Positions 54,772 through 64,000 of a stretch of DNA of 64,000 bases are shown one piece after another. A program made the position numbers and the translations under genes. The notes beneath the pieces are model-generated. The model was not told where the DNA came from, did no database searches, and saw only the letters and a program-made list of their open reading frames with translations. The stretch lies in contig JAWXAQ010000008.1 in assembly GCA_034439575.1 (NCBI GenBank), forward strand, positions 128,001 to 192,000, read 5' to 3'. Numbering within the stretch: the first letter of the stretch is position 1; each line of letters starts with the position of its first letter. The stretch is from Leptospira sp. (GTDB taxonomy: Bacteria; Spirochaetota; Leptospiria; Leptospirales; Leptospiraceae).

Positions 54772-57042
54772 TTATTTAATAAAGTTTGCTAAACGAGCGA
54801 GATCATTGCTTGGGAAATTAAGAATTTCTAAGTCACGTAATATTCCTTTTGCCAGAGATTCATTGGAAGTTTTGAGGTATAAGTGAAATAAGTGGACTAA
54901 ATATTTTGATTTTTTCGGTGATTTGTTTCGTATGCGCTCTGCAATTATGAGCGCATCCTTTATGTTTCCAGTTTTTTTGTACAACTTAGAAGTAAAATAT
55001 GTAAAGTCATCATCCTCTGGATGAGTTTTAAGATATAATTCTGCATGTTTTGTTGCCGATATAAAATCAGAATTTTGATAATACAATTTTGCTAAGTCTT
55101 TTTGTAAACGAGAAGAGGCTAATGGCTCTGAATTGATTATGTTTTGAAGTAGGTCTATAGATTCGGCCGCCTTACCTTTGAGATAAAGACGTTTCGCTTC
55201 TTTAAATTTATTTTTCCCTTCTAATGATAGTATGGTTTTTTTTCGAGAATTTCCCATGTACTCAATACGAATCACAGAGATGTCATCAATTATGATTCCA
55301 CTTTCACTTAACAATTGAAATATGTAATTTGGATCGCCTTTTGCATGTTCTACGATATTCAGATAAAACTTATCATCCAAGTTTACCTCAGGCTCATTCC
55401 CATTTTGCGAGATCATGATATCATCTTTTCCATCAGATCCAGCAAAGATCATATCACCTTGTGCGAGTTGGATTTGTTTTACTTGGATATCGGGTTGGCT
55501 TCCTAATGTGCCCAATTTGTGATAAACAAAATCCGGTGTGATATATGAAGCTTTTCCATCTCGGTATAAAACTGGCAGTGGGTGTTCTGCACTTAAAAAA
55601 TATAAAATTCCAGATTCTTCCTCGATGAGTCCTATCACCATGGAAACTAACATAGTACCATCAAAAGCTTCGAATATCCTTTGCATTTCTATAAATGAGG
55701 ATGCGAGCCATTGGTCTGGAGAAACGTTTTGAAAATTCAGATTTCCTTTTGTTCTTTGAACTAACGATTGGAAGACGGCTCCAAAAACAAGAGCACCGCC
55801 TGCTCCTTGCATAGATTTTCCCATAGCGTCTGCGTTTACAAACAGAACATATTTTTTATCAAGTAGCGTTATTGTATGTGCAACATTTAGATCGCCACCT
55901 ATATCATATTCTTTGCCTTTGAATTCAAAGGATTTTTTTTGTTTTAAGAGAAAATCAATTTGAATTTTGTTGCTTTTGACATCCAAGAACCCTAAAGGAT
56001 TTAAAAGTTGATATGTTAAAAAGTAATCTCCATCTTGTTGGAATTTTAATTTTCTAACTTCTTGCAATGATTTGTTTAATTCTTCTGTTCTTTGAACAAC
56101 TTTTTCTTCGAGACCCTCATTGAGCCCTCTAATTTCTGCGTACATCCCTCTGAGTTTTTGTATAACGCTGCTCAAAAAAAATGCCTGTTGACCAAAGTCA
56201 TCACCTGATGTTGGTGTGACGACAACATCAAAATTTCCTTTGGCCAATTCGTCCAAAGATTTACTAGTTTCTGTTAGGCCCTGACGAACTGTTTTCGCTA
56301 CAACATAAGAACAAACGATCAATGGAACGATAAAGATACTTGAAACAATGACAATGGGTATCAGAGGCTCTTCTACCATCGTTTCGCCTTTCGCCACAGA
56401 ATATAATAAGTAGGACAGTACCGAAACGGGCAATGCCGCCAAACTAAAAAAAGCGAGGACTATTCTTTTGAAATAATCAAATTTAGGAATTTCATCTGGT
56501 TTAATTTCTATATTCTTAATTTGAGGGAATTCGAATAAAGGTCTAAGTGCATTCTCTGTGATAAAATAATACGTCACAAAGGAAATAGGAGGGATCATAG
56601 CGATTGTAAAAATCCCTGATCGTATAACGGATGGAGTATATTCGACTAAATAAGTATATAACGAAACAATCGGTATAACACCAGCAAACCATCTTATAAC
56701 TATGATTATAGCTTCTATAAGTGGATATTTAAATATATATAATTTTACCGATTTAGCGTAGTCTTTGTCTTTGTAAGTATAATCAATGTTTGATTTTTCA
56801 TCGTACAGTTTAATTCTTTGAATTTTTTCAAATAAATTTTTTACAAGAAAGTAACGAATGATAGTTCCAAGAATACCGATACCAGTCGCAAAAAACAAAC
56901 ATAAGGATACAAAAATGATCCATTTCTCTGTTTCCATCTTTTGAGTGATGACAGCATAATAAACTGCAAACGGAACAGGGACTGTATGTGTAAATGCCTC
57001 AAGCCGAAGCGTGAGTTCCCAGAATAGGTTTTTTCTGTTCAC
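54772..57042 (-). CDS. Membrane sensor + HAMP-like + SpoIIE/PP2C phosphatase + TPR-like tail (paralog 1)
   Basis: About six TM helices, QQDGDYFLT, GGDLN, DAMGKSMQGAGG, SDGKDD, DDISV; helical repeats at the C-terminus. Confidence 0.85.
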   Translation of the reverse strand: MNRKNLFWELTLRLEAFTHTVPVPFAVYYAVITQKMETEKWIIFVSLCLFFATGIGILGTIIRYFLVKNLFEKIQRIKLYDEKSNIDYTYKDKDYAKSVKLYIFKYPLIEAIIIVIRWFAGVIPIVSLYTYLVEYTPSVIRSGIFTIAMIPPISFVTYYFITENALRPLFEFPQIKNIEIKPDEIPKFDYFKRIVLAFFSLAALPVSVLSYLLYSVAKGETMVEEPLIPIVIVSSIFIVPLIVCSYVVAKTVRQGLTETSKSLDELAKGNFDVVVTPTSGDDFGQQAFFLSSVIQKLRGMYAEIRGLNEGLEEKVVQRTEELNKSLQEVRKLKFQQDGDYFLTYQLLNPLGFLDVKSNKIQIDFLLKQKKSFEFKGKEYDIGGDLNVAHTITLLDKKYVLFVNADAMGKSMQGAGGALVFGAVFQSLVQRTKGNLNFQNVSPDQWLASSFIEMQRIFEAFDGTMLVSMVIGLIEEESGILYFLSAEHPLPVLYRDGKASYITPDFVYHKLGTLGSQPDIQVKQIQLAQGDMIFAGSDGKDDIMISQNGNEPEVNLDDKFYLNIVEHAKGDPNYIFQLLSESGIIIDDISVIRIEYMGNSRKKTILSLEGKNKFKEAKRLYLKGKAAESIDLLQNIINSEPLASSRLQKDLAKLYYQNSDFISATKHAELYLKTHPEDDDFTYFTSKLYKKTGNIKDALIIAERIRNKSPKKSKYLVHLFHLYLKTSNESLAKGILRDLEILNFPSNDLARLANFIK

Positions 57043-57083
57043 ATTGCCACCACCTTTATTATCGGTGGTAAGCTAGGATTAAC

Positions 57084-59414
57084 TTAGGACACCGATTTTC
57101 TTATTAGAGCGAGTTTAAGTTTTTTCCATTTTTCATCTTGCTCGGGACTCATATTTTCTTTGCATTCATTCAGAATAGACTGAGCTCTTGGAATATTTCC
57201 ACTCATTAAATAAAGTCGAATCAAATGAAATTTATTTTTTATTTGATTTGGATCTCTGAGTCGTATTCGTTCTGCAATTTCTATGGCCTGGATCGTATTA
57301 CCTGCTTTTCGCCACAAATTGGAAGTAAGCTCCATAAAACTCAAGTCATTTGGGTGAGAATCCATATAGGCTTGCGCATGTTCTGCTGCCCTAGCAAAAT
57401 CTTTGCTTTTGAAAAGAAGTTTTGCCAGTAGTTTATGTAACTTTGAATGTGTGTGTGGATATTCGAATAATAATTGTTTTAAGGAATCTATGGCTTGGTT
57501 TATATTTCCTGCCTCGGCGATTCTTTTGGCATCGACATATGATTTTATAAATTTTTGTTCTACTTTCAAAGAAGGTTTTCCGAAAAATTCAATCCTGACT
57601 ATGGACAAATCATCTGTGATTTCACCAGCTTTTTTTAATTCATCGTATAAATATGTTAGATTAGCGTTGGATACTTCTATGTATTTCAGAATCAAATTTT
57701 CATCATGATTGATGATTCTTTCGGGACCAAATTGGTTCGATTCGTATAACACTAGATCATCTTTGCCATCGGAACCAGAAAATAATATATCGTTTGGTTG
57801 TAATTGATACGTTTTTATAAATACTCCAGATTTAATTCCTTTTGTTCCTAACTTCCTATAACTAAGTTCAGTTTCGATAAAGGATGCTCTTCCATCACGA
57901 TATAAGATGAGCCAAGGATGTTCTGCATTAATAAAATATAAAAAGCCAGTTTCCTCTTCGATAAGACCTATGATCAAAGAGACCAACATACTTCCATCGA
58001 ATCCTTCAAAGATTTTATGCATCTCAACAAAGGCATTTTTTAACCAGCGTTCGGGTGATTGCGAAAATGTAACCGATGACAATTGTGTTCTTTCTATAAT
58101 TGATTGGAATACAGCACCTAACACTAATGCACCACCAGCGCCTTGCATTGATTTTCCCATAGCATCGGAGTTTACGAAAACCGTATATTTTTTACCCTGC
58201 AAATGTATATTATGTGCTATATTTAAATCACCGCCTATTTCGTATTCTTTACCTTTGAATTCGAATTTCTTTTTCTGGCGAATTAAAAATTGTATATTAA
58301 TTCTTTCGCTTGATACTTGGTTTTTTCCCAAAGGTTTTAGTAATAAATGCGTTAAAAAATAATCTCCGTCTTGTTGGAATTTTAATGCGTTAACTTCGGA
58401 TAAAGTTTTTTCGAGTTCTACTGTGCGTTCTTTTACTTTTGATTCTAAACCTATGTTTAAAGTAAATATTTCAGTATACATCGTGTTCAATTGTTCTATA
58501 ACACGATTCATATGAAAAGATTGTTGTCCAAAATCATCGCCAGAAGATGGCATCGAAACAACAGTGAAATTTCCTTTTGCTAATTCATCTAACAATTTAC
58601 TCGTTTCACGAATGCCTGTGCGAACAGCCTTAGCGACTAAGTATGCTACAAAGACCAATGGGAGGACAAAAATTCCGCCAATAAGTGAGACCTGCAAAAG
58701 TGGATTTTTGACAAGCATATTTCCGTTTGCGACAGATATGAGCATATAACTTAAAACTGTTACAGGCATAGCAACTAAAGAGAAAAATGAAATTAAGATA
58801 CGTTTGAAATAGTCAAATTTCGGAATTTCTGATGGTTCAATCTTAATTGGTCGAATCACGCTCAGATTAAAGATATTTCGAAAAGAATTTTCAGTTATAA
58901 AATAATAAGCTACAAATGAAATCGGCGGGATCATGATTAGGAAAGATAAACATGTAGTCCATAATTCGGGTCGATATAGATTAAATAATGGAGTTAGAAC
59001 AAATATCAAACTAACACCGATAAACCAGCGCAAGATGATGACAATGCCTTCATGAAAAGGATATCGAAAAAGGAATAGTTTTATACTTTTTGCTTTATTA
59101 TAATATTCTTCTTTTTTGGTGGATAATTCTACTTCTCCAAGATTGTGATAATTTTCATTCAGTTCTTTTTCATTTTTTTTTAATGTATCTATTTCTAATG
59201 AAAGTTTATTTATGATTTTGTATCTCCATAGACATCCCCCTAAAACCATAAGTAAGCCACTGGAACAGCAAAGTAATATGAACTTTATCCACTCATCAAT
59301 GCTATATTTTTGAGTGATGGAAGCCATATAAATTGCGAAGGGGACTGGAACTAGATGAGTAAATGCCTCGAGCCGTAAAGAAAGAGGTAAAAAGGTAGTT
59401 TTAAACATAGACAA
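57084..59414 (-). CDS. Membrane sensor + HAMP-like + SpoIIE/PP2C phosphatase + TPR-like tail (paralog 2)
   Basis: Same architecture and many identical blocks with 54772-57042 (LRLEAFTH.VPVPFA, EIPKFDYFKRI, SGDDFGQQ). Start may be ATG 59408. Confidence 0.85.
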   Translation of the reverse strand: MSMFKTTFLPLSLRLEAFTHLVPVPFAIYMASITQKYSIDEWIKFILLCCSSGLLMVLGGCLWRYKIINKLSLEIDTLKKNEKELNENYHNLGEVELSTKKEEYYNKAKSIKLFLFRYPFHEGIVIILRWFIGVSLIFVLTPLFNLYRPELWTTCLSFLIMIPPISFVAYYFITENSFRNIFNLSVIRPIKIEPSEIPKFDYFKRILISFFSLVAMPVTVLSYMLISVANGNMLVKNPLLQVSLIGGIFVLPLVFVAYLVAKAVRTGIRETSKLLDELAKGNFTVVSMPSSGDDFGQQSFHMNRVIEQLNTMYTEIFTLNIGLESKVKERTVELEKTLSEVNALKFQQDGDYFLTHLLLKPLGKNQVSSERINIQFLIRQKKKFEFKGKEYEIGGDLNIAHNIHLQGKKYTVFVNSDAMGKSMQGAGGALVLGAVFQSIIERTQLSSVTFSQSPERWLKNAFVEMHKIFEGFDGSMLVSLIIGLIEEETGFLYFINAEHPWLILYRDGRASFIETELSYRKLGTKGIKSGVFIKTYQLQPNDILFSGSDGKDDLVLYESNQFGPERIINHDENLILKYIEVSNANLTYLYDELKKAGEITDDLSIVRIEFFGKPSLKVEQKFIKSYVDAKRIAEAGNINQAIDSLKQLLFEYPHTHSKLHKLLAKLLFKSKDFARAAEHAQAYMDSHPNDLSFMELTSNLWRKAGNTIQAIEIAERIRLRDPNQIKNKFHLIRLYLMSGNIPRAQSILNECKENMSPEQDEKWKKLKLALIRKSVS

Positions 59415-59857
59415 TCTTGAATTATTGAAAAAATGCTACTTTAGGTCGAATATGTCAAGGTATTCATTACAACTTGCGTAGATATATTATATACCCTAAA
59501 TTGATTAAGTAAAAGGGAAAGTTCTAACTCGATAAGCAAATTGAAATGATGATATTTTTTATAAGAATTTTTGTCTTAAATTTTAGAAGTTTTCTATCTC
59601 CATTCTACTTTGGGATATAAATTAGCATAATGTATGTTATGTGAACATTGTATTATCGCATTCGTCGAAATAAATCATTTCGATTAGTAAATACATTTAT
59701 TCACCTGATAGCTTACCGGAAGGAATCTTGAAAAATTGATTCAAGTTTAAAATTTACAAATGTGAGGGCTAAGTATATTCCCTTCAGGATAGCTAGATAT
59801 CTTCAATCATGGTAACCTCATAGTTTAAATCATATTTAGTTGAAAATTATCAGCATC

Positions 59858-61117
59858 ATGAGATTCAAAGATTTGCCAATTCAGTTTATTTTTATATTCA
59901 TTTGCATTATTTTCTTCTTTCATTCTTGTTCACCTAGCAAAAGTTCATCTTCAGAAGATTATCTTAGCCCCCTTCTTGCGGGAAATATAACAAACGTCAA
60001 TCAAACTACCAATTCCAGTTCGAATGTCTTCAGTATCAATTCCATCTCACCTAATGATGGCGCTACAGATGTAGGAATACTTCCAACAATACAGATGTAT
60101 TTTTCTTCTTCACTAGATACATCAACGATTCGCACAACATCTACATTAGGTGAATGTAGTGGGAATATACATTTTGGTCAAATAGGTTTGTCCACTTGTC
60201 TACCTATAGAAATCATTTCCAATACTGGGATATCTGGTGAATTGAGATTGAAACCACTAGAACCCTTGGCTTATGGCACAACTTATGAATTGTATCTTAA
60301 AAATAAAATAAAGGACTCGGCGGGAAATTTCCTTTCGAGTGAAAAACGAATTAAATTTCGAACCACAGAAATAAATAGCATCAGCCCGACATATACTTTG
60401 GATACCACGAGTATCAAAGCAGGAATTGATTCTCCCTTAACATTTTCGATTTATCCAAATAGTGATACAAAATCCGTACGAAGTGTAACTGTCACTTTCG
60501 CGGCATCCCCGGGCCCTCGTCCAAAATACAATGGTTTAAATGATTATTCAATCGATTACCCTGTAGTAAGACTTGGCGAAAGACGACAATTTATTTTGAA
60601 TCCTGGTGGATTCACACCTTCACTGATTGATACTGCTACATACCAACCTGGTATGACTTGGGGCTTTGGTATCTCGGCCATATTTCATGATGGAAGTCGC
60701 AGTTCTGTTGGAATAAACGTTCCTGTTGTTAAAAATCTTCCGAATGTAACAGGCTCGATATATACGATAAAACTTATGGGATTTACGGACGATTGGGTTC
60801 CTGCGGCCAACGAATATCAAAGTATAGGCGATTGGAAAATTTGGTTAAGAATCAGGTATCCTGATTCTGGAATTGTATTTGAAACGCAAAAGCAATCCTT
60901 AGCTTATAGCACTCACGTTCTCATTCGACCCACACCTGGGGATACTAGAGAAGAGATTACGATTTACTTTGATAGTGATGGGGATGATGTTCCGAATTAC
61001 CAAAAAGTGATCCCATCCTCAATCTCTTTTACACAAGGAACCTATGGGGATCTTTCCCAGTTCTATGTTTTTTATGGTGAAGTCATAAATGGAAATATGA
61101 ATTTAATCGTAGAGTAG
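59858..61117 (+). CDS. Ig-like (Big_5/SbsA-type) domain lipoprotein
   Basis: Lipobox FFFHS-C; SISPNDGATDV...FSSSLD..T...P.EPLAYGTTY.L...IKD.AGN...FRT; further beta-rich domains. ATG at 59858. Confidence 0.8.
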   Translation: MRFKDLPIQFIFIFICIIFFFHSCSPSKSSSSEDYLSPLLAGNITNVNQTTNSSSNVFSINSISPNDGATDVGILPTIQMYFSSSLDTSTIRTTSTLGECSGNIHFGQIGLSTCLPIEIISNTGISGELRLKPLEPLAYGTTYELYLKNKIKDSAGNFLSSEKRIKFRTTEINSISPTYTLDTTSIKAGIDSPLTFSIYPNSDTKSVRSVTVTFAASPGPRPKYNGLNDYSIDYPVVRLGERRQFILNPGGFTPSLIDTATYQPGMTWGFGISAIFHDGSRSSVGINVPVVKNLPNVTGSIYTIKLMGFTDDWVPAANEYQSIGDWKIWLRIRYPDSGIVFETQKQSLAYSTHVLIRPTPGDTREEITIYFDSDGDDVPNYQKVIPSSISFTQGTYGDLSQFYVFYGEVINGNMNLIVE

Positions 61118-61173
61118 TCAGATGATTGAAGTTAAACGACGAAAGCGAGAACTTTTAAATAAGACAAAGAAGA

Positions 61174-61611
61174 TTAATCTTCTTCGTCCCATCCAATTGA
61201 AAATACAGAACCAGCAATGATGGCGTAAAGAGTTTGGAACCCAGCCCATACCCACCAAATAAGCGTTGGAGCAACATTTGTAAGGCTTGTTAGCACCAAA
61301 GTCACACCCATATTGGCTGTGATGGCATACACGATTCCAAAAAGAATTCCACCGACGAGACCATTCGGTAAACTAGGGCGCGCATACACATAGAGGATTG
61401 CCAAAAATAATGTCTGTATTAAATCACCGGCAATAGGGCCGATCCAATATACATCAGAGACGGGTACAAATATTCCACGCAAACTCGGGTCAAAATAAAA
61501 TTTAGAAAAGAATAACATGCGTAAGGGGATGCTGATTGCTTCCCAAAACGCGAATGCCAAAAGGAATCGGACGAGTATCCGATTCCATGTTTCTGTTTTT
61601 GGCGAATTCAT
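61174..61611 (-). CDS. Four-TM hypothetical membrane protein
   Basis: ATG 1 nt after the thiolase stop; four hydrophobic helices. Confidence 0.7.
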   Translation of the reverse strand: MNSPKTETWNRILVRFLLAFAFWEAISIPLRMLFFSKFYFDPSLRGIFVPVSDVYWIGPIAGDLIQTLFLAILYVYARPSLPNGLVGGILFGIVYAITANMGVTLVLTSLTNVAPTLIWWVWAGFQTLYAIIAGSVFSIGWDEED

Positions 61612-61612
61612 C

Positions 61613-62878
61613 CTAGCGACCCAAGATGAAAACGTAGTTAGTCGTTGCCGAACCACCAATGTTTAACATCAGTCCGTTCTTTGCACCTTTCACTTGGTAA
61701 CCACCTGCATTGCCAGTCACTTGTCTGTGAAGGTCGAGCATCATACGAACCCCAGATGCACCCACGGGGTGGCCCACACCAATTAAACCTCCAGATGGAT
61801 TGACTGGTTTTTTTCCTTTCAGATCAATCGTTCCATCCGCAATCGCAATGTGTTCTTTTCCTGGTTCAGAAATTCCAAACGCAGAAATCGCCGCATATTC
61901 CGAAGACGTGAAACAATCGTGTGTTTCAAAAACATCAATGTCTTTCACATCCATTCCCGCACGTTTGTATGCATCTTTGACTGTCTGTCTTGTCCAAGGT
62001 AGAATGTATTTGTCACCGACGGATTCGTTTTTCTTAGCTTCAAATGTAATTGGTGCTACACGGTGTCCCCAACCTTTGACGCGAGGGATGTCACCAAATG
62101 ATTTTCCATGACGTTTTGCATATGACTTCGCATAACTTTTAGAAGCGAGGACAGTCACTGCGGCACCATCTGTTACTTGAGAACAATCAGTAATACAAAG
62201 CCTTCCACCGACTGCCATGTTATTGTCTCCACCACGTGCCATCGCATGTTCTTTGTTCATAAACCAAGAACGAGTTTGGGATTTTGGATTGAGTTTTGCA
62301 TTAGCATAATTGATTCGAGAAATTTCGGCAAGAGCATCCATAAAGGTCTCTTCTTTCAGCTTGTATCTCTCAAGTATAACGTCTGCTAATTTTCCGAAAA
62401 GTTTCGGGAATGGGAATTGGACACCTTTTGCTTCTTTTTCGTAATATGCGGCAGTTCCAAGAAAGTCGCCACCCACAGCCGAAGAAACAGTTTTCATCAC
62501 TTCGATGCCGAGTACGATCGCAAGATCATAATCTTCTGCTCGGATATGAGTGATCGCTGCATCGAGTGCCACAGAACCTGAGGCACAAGCCGCTTCATAA
62601 CGTGCACCAGGCACGCCAAAAAAAGCAGGATCTACTTCTGTAAGAAAGGCACCCAAGTGGCCTTGGTTTGTGTATTGTTCCGCATCAAAGTTTCCAACGA
62701 AAACCGCGACACGATTTTCTTTGTTTAGTTTTTTGATTTCATCATAATCAATGCCTGTTTTTTCCAAAGCATCTTGGATGACTTCACGCATCATGGACAT
62801 GAAGGATTTTCCTTCTTTGGACCAATTTCTTTGAAAGTCTGTTTGTTCTCCGCCGAGAACGTATACTTTTTCACTCAT
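61613..62878 (-). CDS. Acetyl-CoA acetyltransferase (SCP2-type thiolase)
   Basis: EAACASG catalytic Cys, [26 protein letters not shown]. Confidence 0.92.
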   Translation of the reverse strand: MSEKVYVLGGEQTDFQRNWSKEGKSFMSMMREVIQDALEKTGIDYDEIKKLNKENRVAVFVGNFDAEQYTNQGHLGAFLTEVDPAFFGVPGARYEAACASGSVALDAAITHIRAEDYDLAIVLGIEVMKTVSSAVGGDFLGTAAYYEKEAKGVQFPFPKLFGKLADVILERYKLKEETFMDALAEISRINYANAKLNPKSQTRSWFMNKEHAMARGGDNNMAVGGRLCITDCSQVTDGAAVTVLASKSYAKSYAKRHGKSFGDIPRVKGWGHRVAPITFEAKKNESVGDKYILPWTRQTVKDAYKRAGMDVKDIDVFETHDCFTSSEYAAISAFGISEPGKEHIAIADGTIDLKGKKPVNPSGGLIGVGHPVGASGVRMMLDLHRQVTGNAGGYQVKGAKNGLMLNIGGSATTNYVFILGR

Positions 62879-62892
62879 AATAGTCTCCTTGA

Positions 62893-64000
62893 TTAACCTT
62901 TGAAAAGAGAGCGCGCATCTAATTTGTCGCCTAACTCATAAAACTTCTTGTTTGGTTTCGCATCGGCGAGAATTTTTGGAACGGGAAGTTTTGCCGCTTC
63001 GATTAATTTGATGGTATCTTTCGGGCCACCAAGGAAATCAACGAATGCAGATGCAGGTACCCAATTAAATCCAAATCCCATGGCACCATCAGTATTTTCT
63101 TTTGTTTCTACAACTTCACCTACAAGTGAAAGTGAATAACTGATATAACGACTGATAAAGTAGCGAGCCAGGTCAGCTTCAAATCCGCTAGCAGATTTTA
63201 CGATGTCCATAGCTCCTTTGTAATTTGATTCTTTAATATTTGCTCTTGCTTCTTTGATAAAAGGAATATCAAATTTTGGGTACGGATCGTACGATCCAGT
63301 TTTGATATTATAAACAAACTTCTCTCTTTTTCCATCGGCAGTTTTTGTGACTTTTGTCAATCCGCCACCAGATTTCATACCGAGTTTGCCTTCATCGATC
63401 AACTTTTGCATGTAAGATGGGAGTTTGAATGTTTCATGAGCTGCGTCTTTTGTATTATCGTAAATATTATCTACGATGGCTTTATGGACATCAAGTCCCA
63501 CAAAATCGGCAGTCGCAAGAGGGGACATCGCCCGACCTGTGTAACCAGACATGATTTCATCTAAAAGTGCAATGCCACCTTTGTCCGCATATTTTTCTGC
63601 GAATTGGCCACATTCGTTCATCAACTGAAATCCGATTCTGTTTCCAGCAAATGCTGGTGTGTCATTTGTATAAACGACAGCACGACCGAGGACTTTGTCC
63701 AAATATTCACCCAGTGTTGCTGTAACTTTTTTATCGTTACCTGCGTGAGTGACTAGTTCACACAAAATCATTTTATAAGGAGGATTAAAAAAGTGAGTTC
63801 CGTAATAATGTTTTTGGCCATCGGCATCAAACGCCTTGGCTAGACGAGCTATAGAAAGACCAGAAGAAACGGTGGAAACAATAGTTCCTGGTCGTCTAGC
63901 TTTCGCTATACGGGCATTAATCGGTTCTTTGACTTCGTAACTTTCTGCTACCAACTCAAAAACCCAATCAGAATCAGCGACAGCTTTTTCCAAATCGGCA
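62893..64000 (-). CDS. 3-hydroxyacyl-CoA dehydrogenase family protein (5' end beyond the window)
   Basis: [41 protein letters not shown]. The frame stays open to the window edge. Confidence 0.88.
   Translation of the reverse strand, partial: ADLEKAVADSDWVFELVAESYEVKEPINARIAKARRPGTIVSTVSSGLSIARLAKAFDADGQKHYYGTHFFNPPYKMILCELVTHAGNDKKVTATLGEYLDKVLGRAVVYTNDTPAFAGNRIGFQLMNECGQFAEKYADKGGIALLDEIMSGYTGRAMSPLATADFVGLDVHKAIVDNIYDNTKDAAHETFKLPSYMQKLIDEGKLGMKSGGGLTKVTKTADGKREKFVYNIKTGSYDPYPKFDIPFIKEARANIKESNYKGAMDIVKSASGFEADLARYFISRYISYSLSLVGEVVETKENTDGAMGFGFNWVPASAFVDFLGGPKDTIKLIEAAKLPVPKILADAKPNKKFYELGDKLDARSLFKG

Overview
AT-rich bacterial chromosomal window. It is most likely from a Leptospira spirochaete (inference from spirochaete-type lipoboxes, a double-GAF sigma-54 activator, multiple membrane PP2C/SpoIIE phosphatases, a POTRA-less Omp85 and a long FliD). 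It holds about 55 CDS. Housekeeping genes include truA (partial), yihA/engB, tilS, thiD, ppk1, fliD, dapF, biotin carboxylase/BCCP, thiolase and a partial 3-hydroxyacyl-CoA dehydrogenase. There are also signalling genes, a heavy-metal-type RND efflux operon and surface lipoproteins. I found no rRNA, tRNA, CRISPR array, transposase or integrase. Main oddities: (1) a co-oriented three-gene block at 4470-9521 encoding a degenerate nicotinamidase-kinase-phosphatase fusion, an AAA/DUF4143 ATPase with a palindromic promoter, and a nuclease-ParA fusion, which is a candidate conflict/defence module; (2) two export-signal ORFs ending in LPPP plus a 14-codon leader stacked upstream of the czcCBA-like operon, a candidate arrest-peptide/attenuation cascade; (3) tilS split by a -1 frameshift at A10/A8 tracts flanked by AUA codons; (4) a Flavo-1-like intergenic element, an 11-aa-repeat protein, and candidate sigma-28 and sigma-54 promoters. 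All family assignments come from reading motifs by eye; no searches were run.
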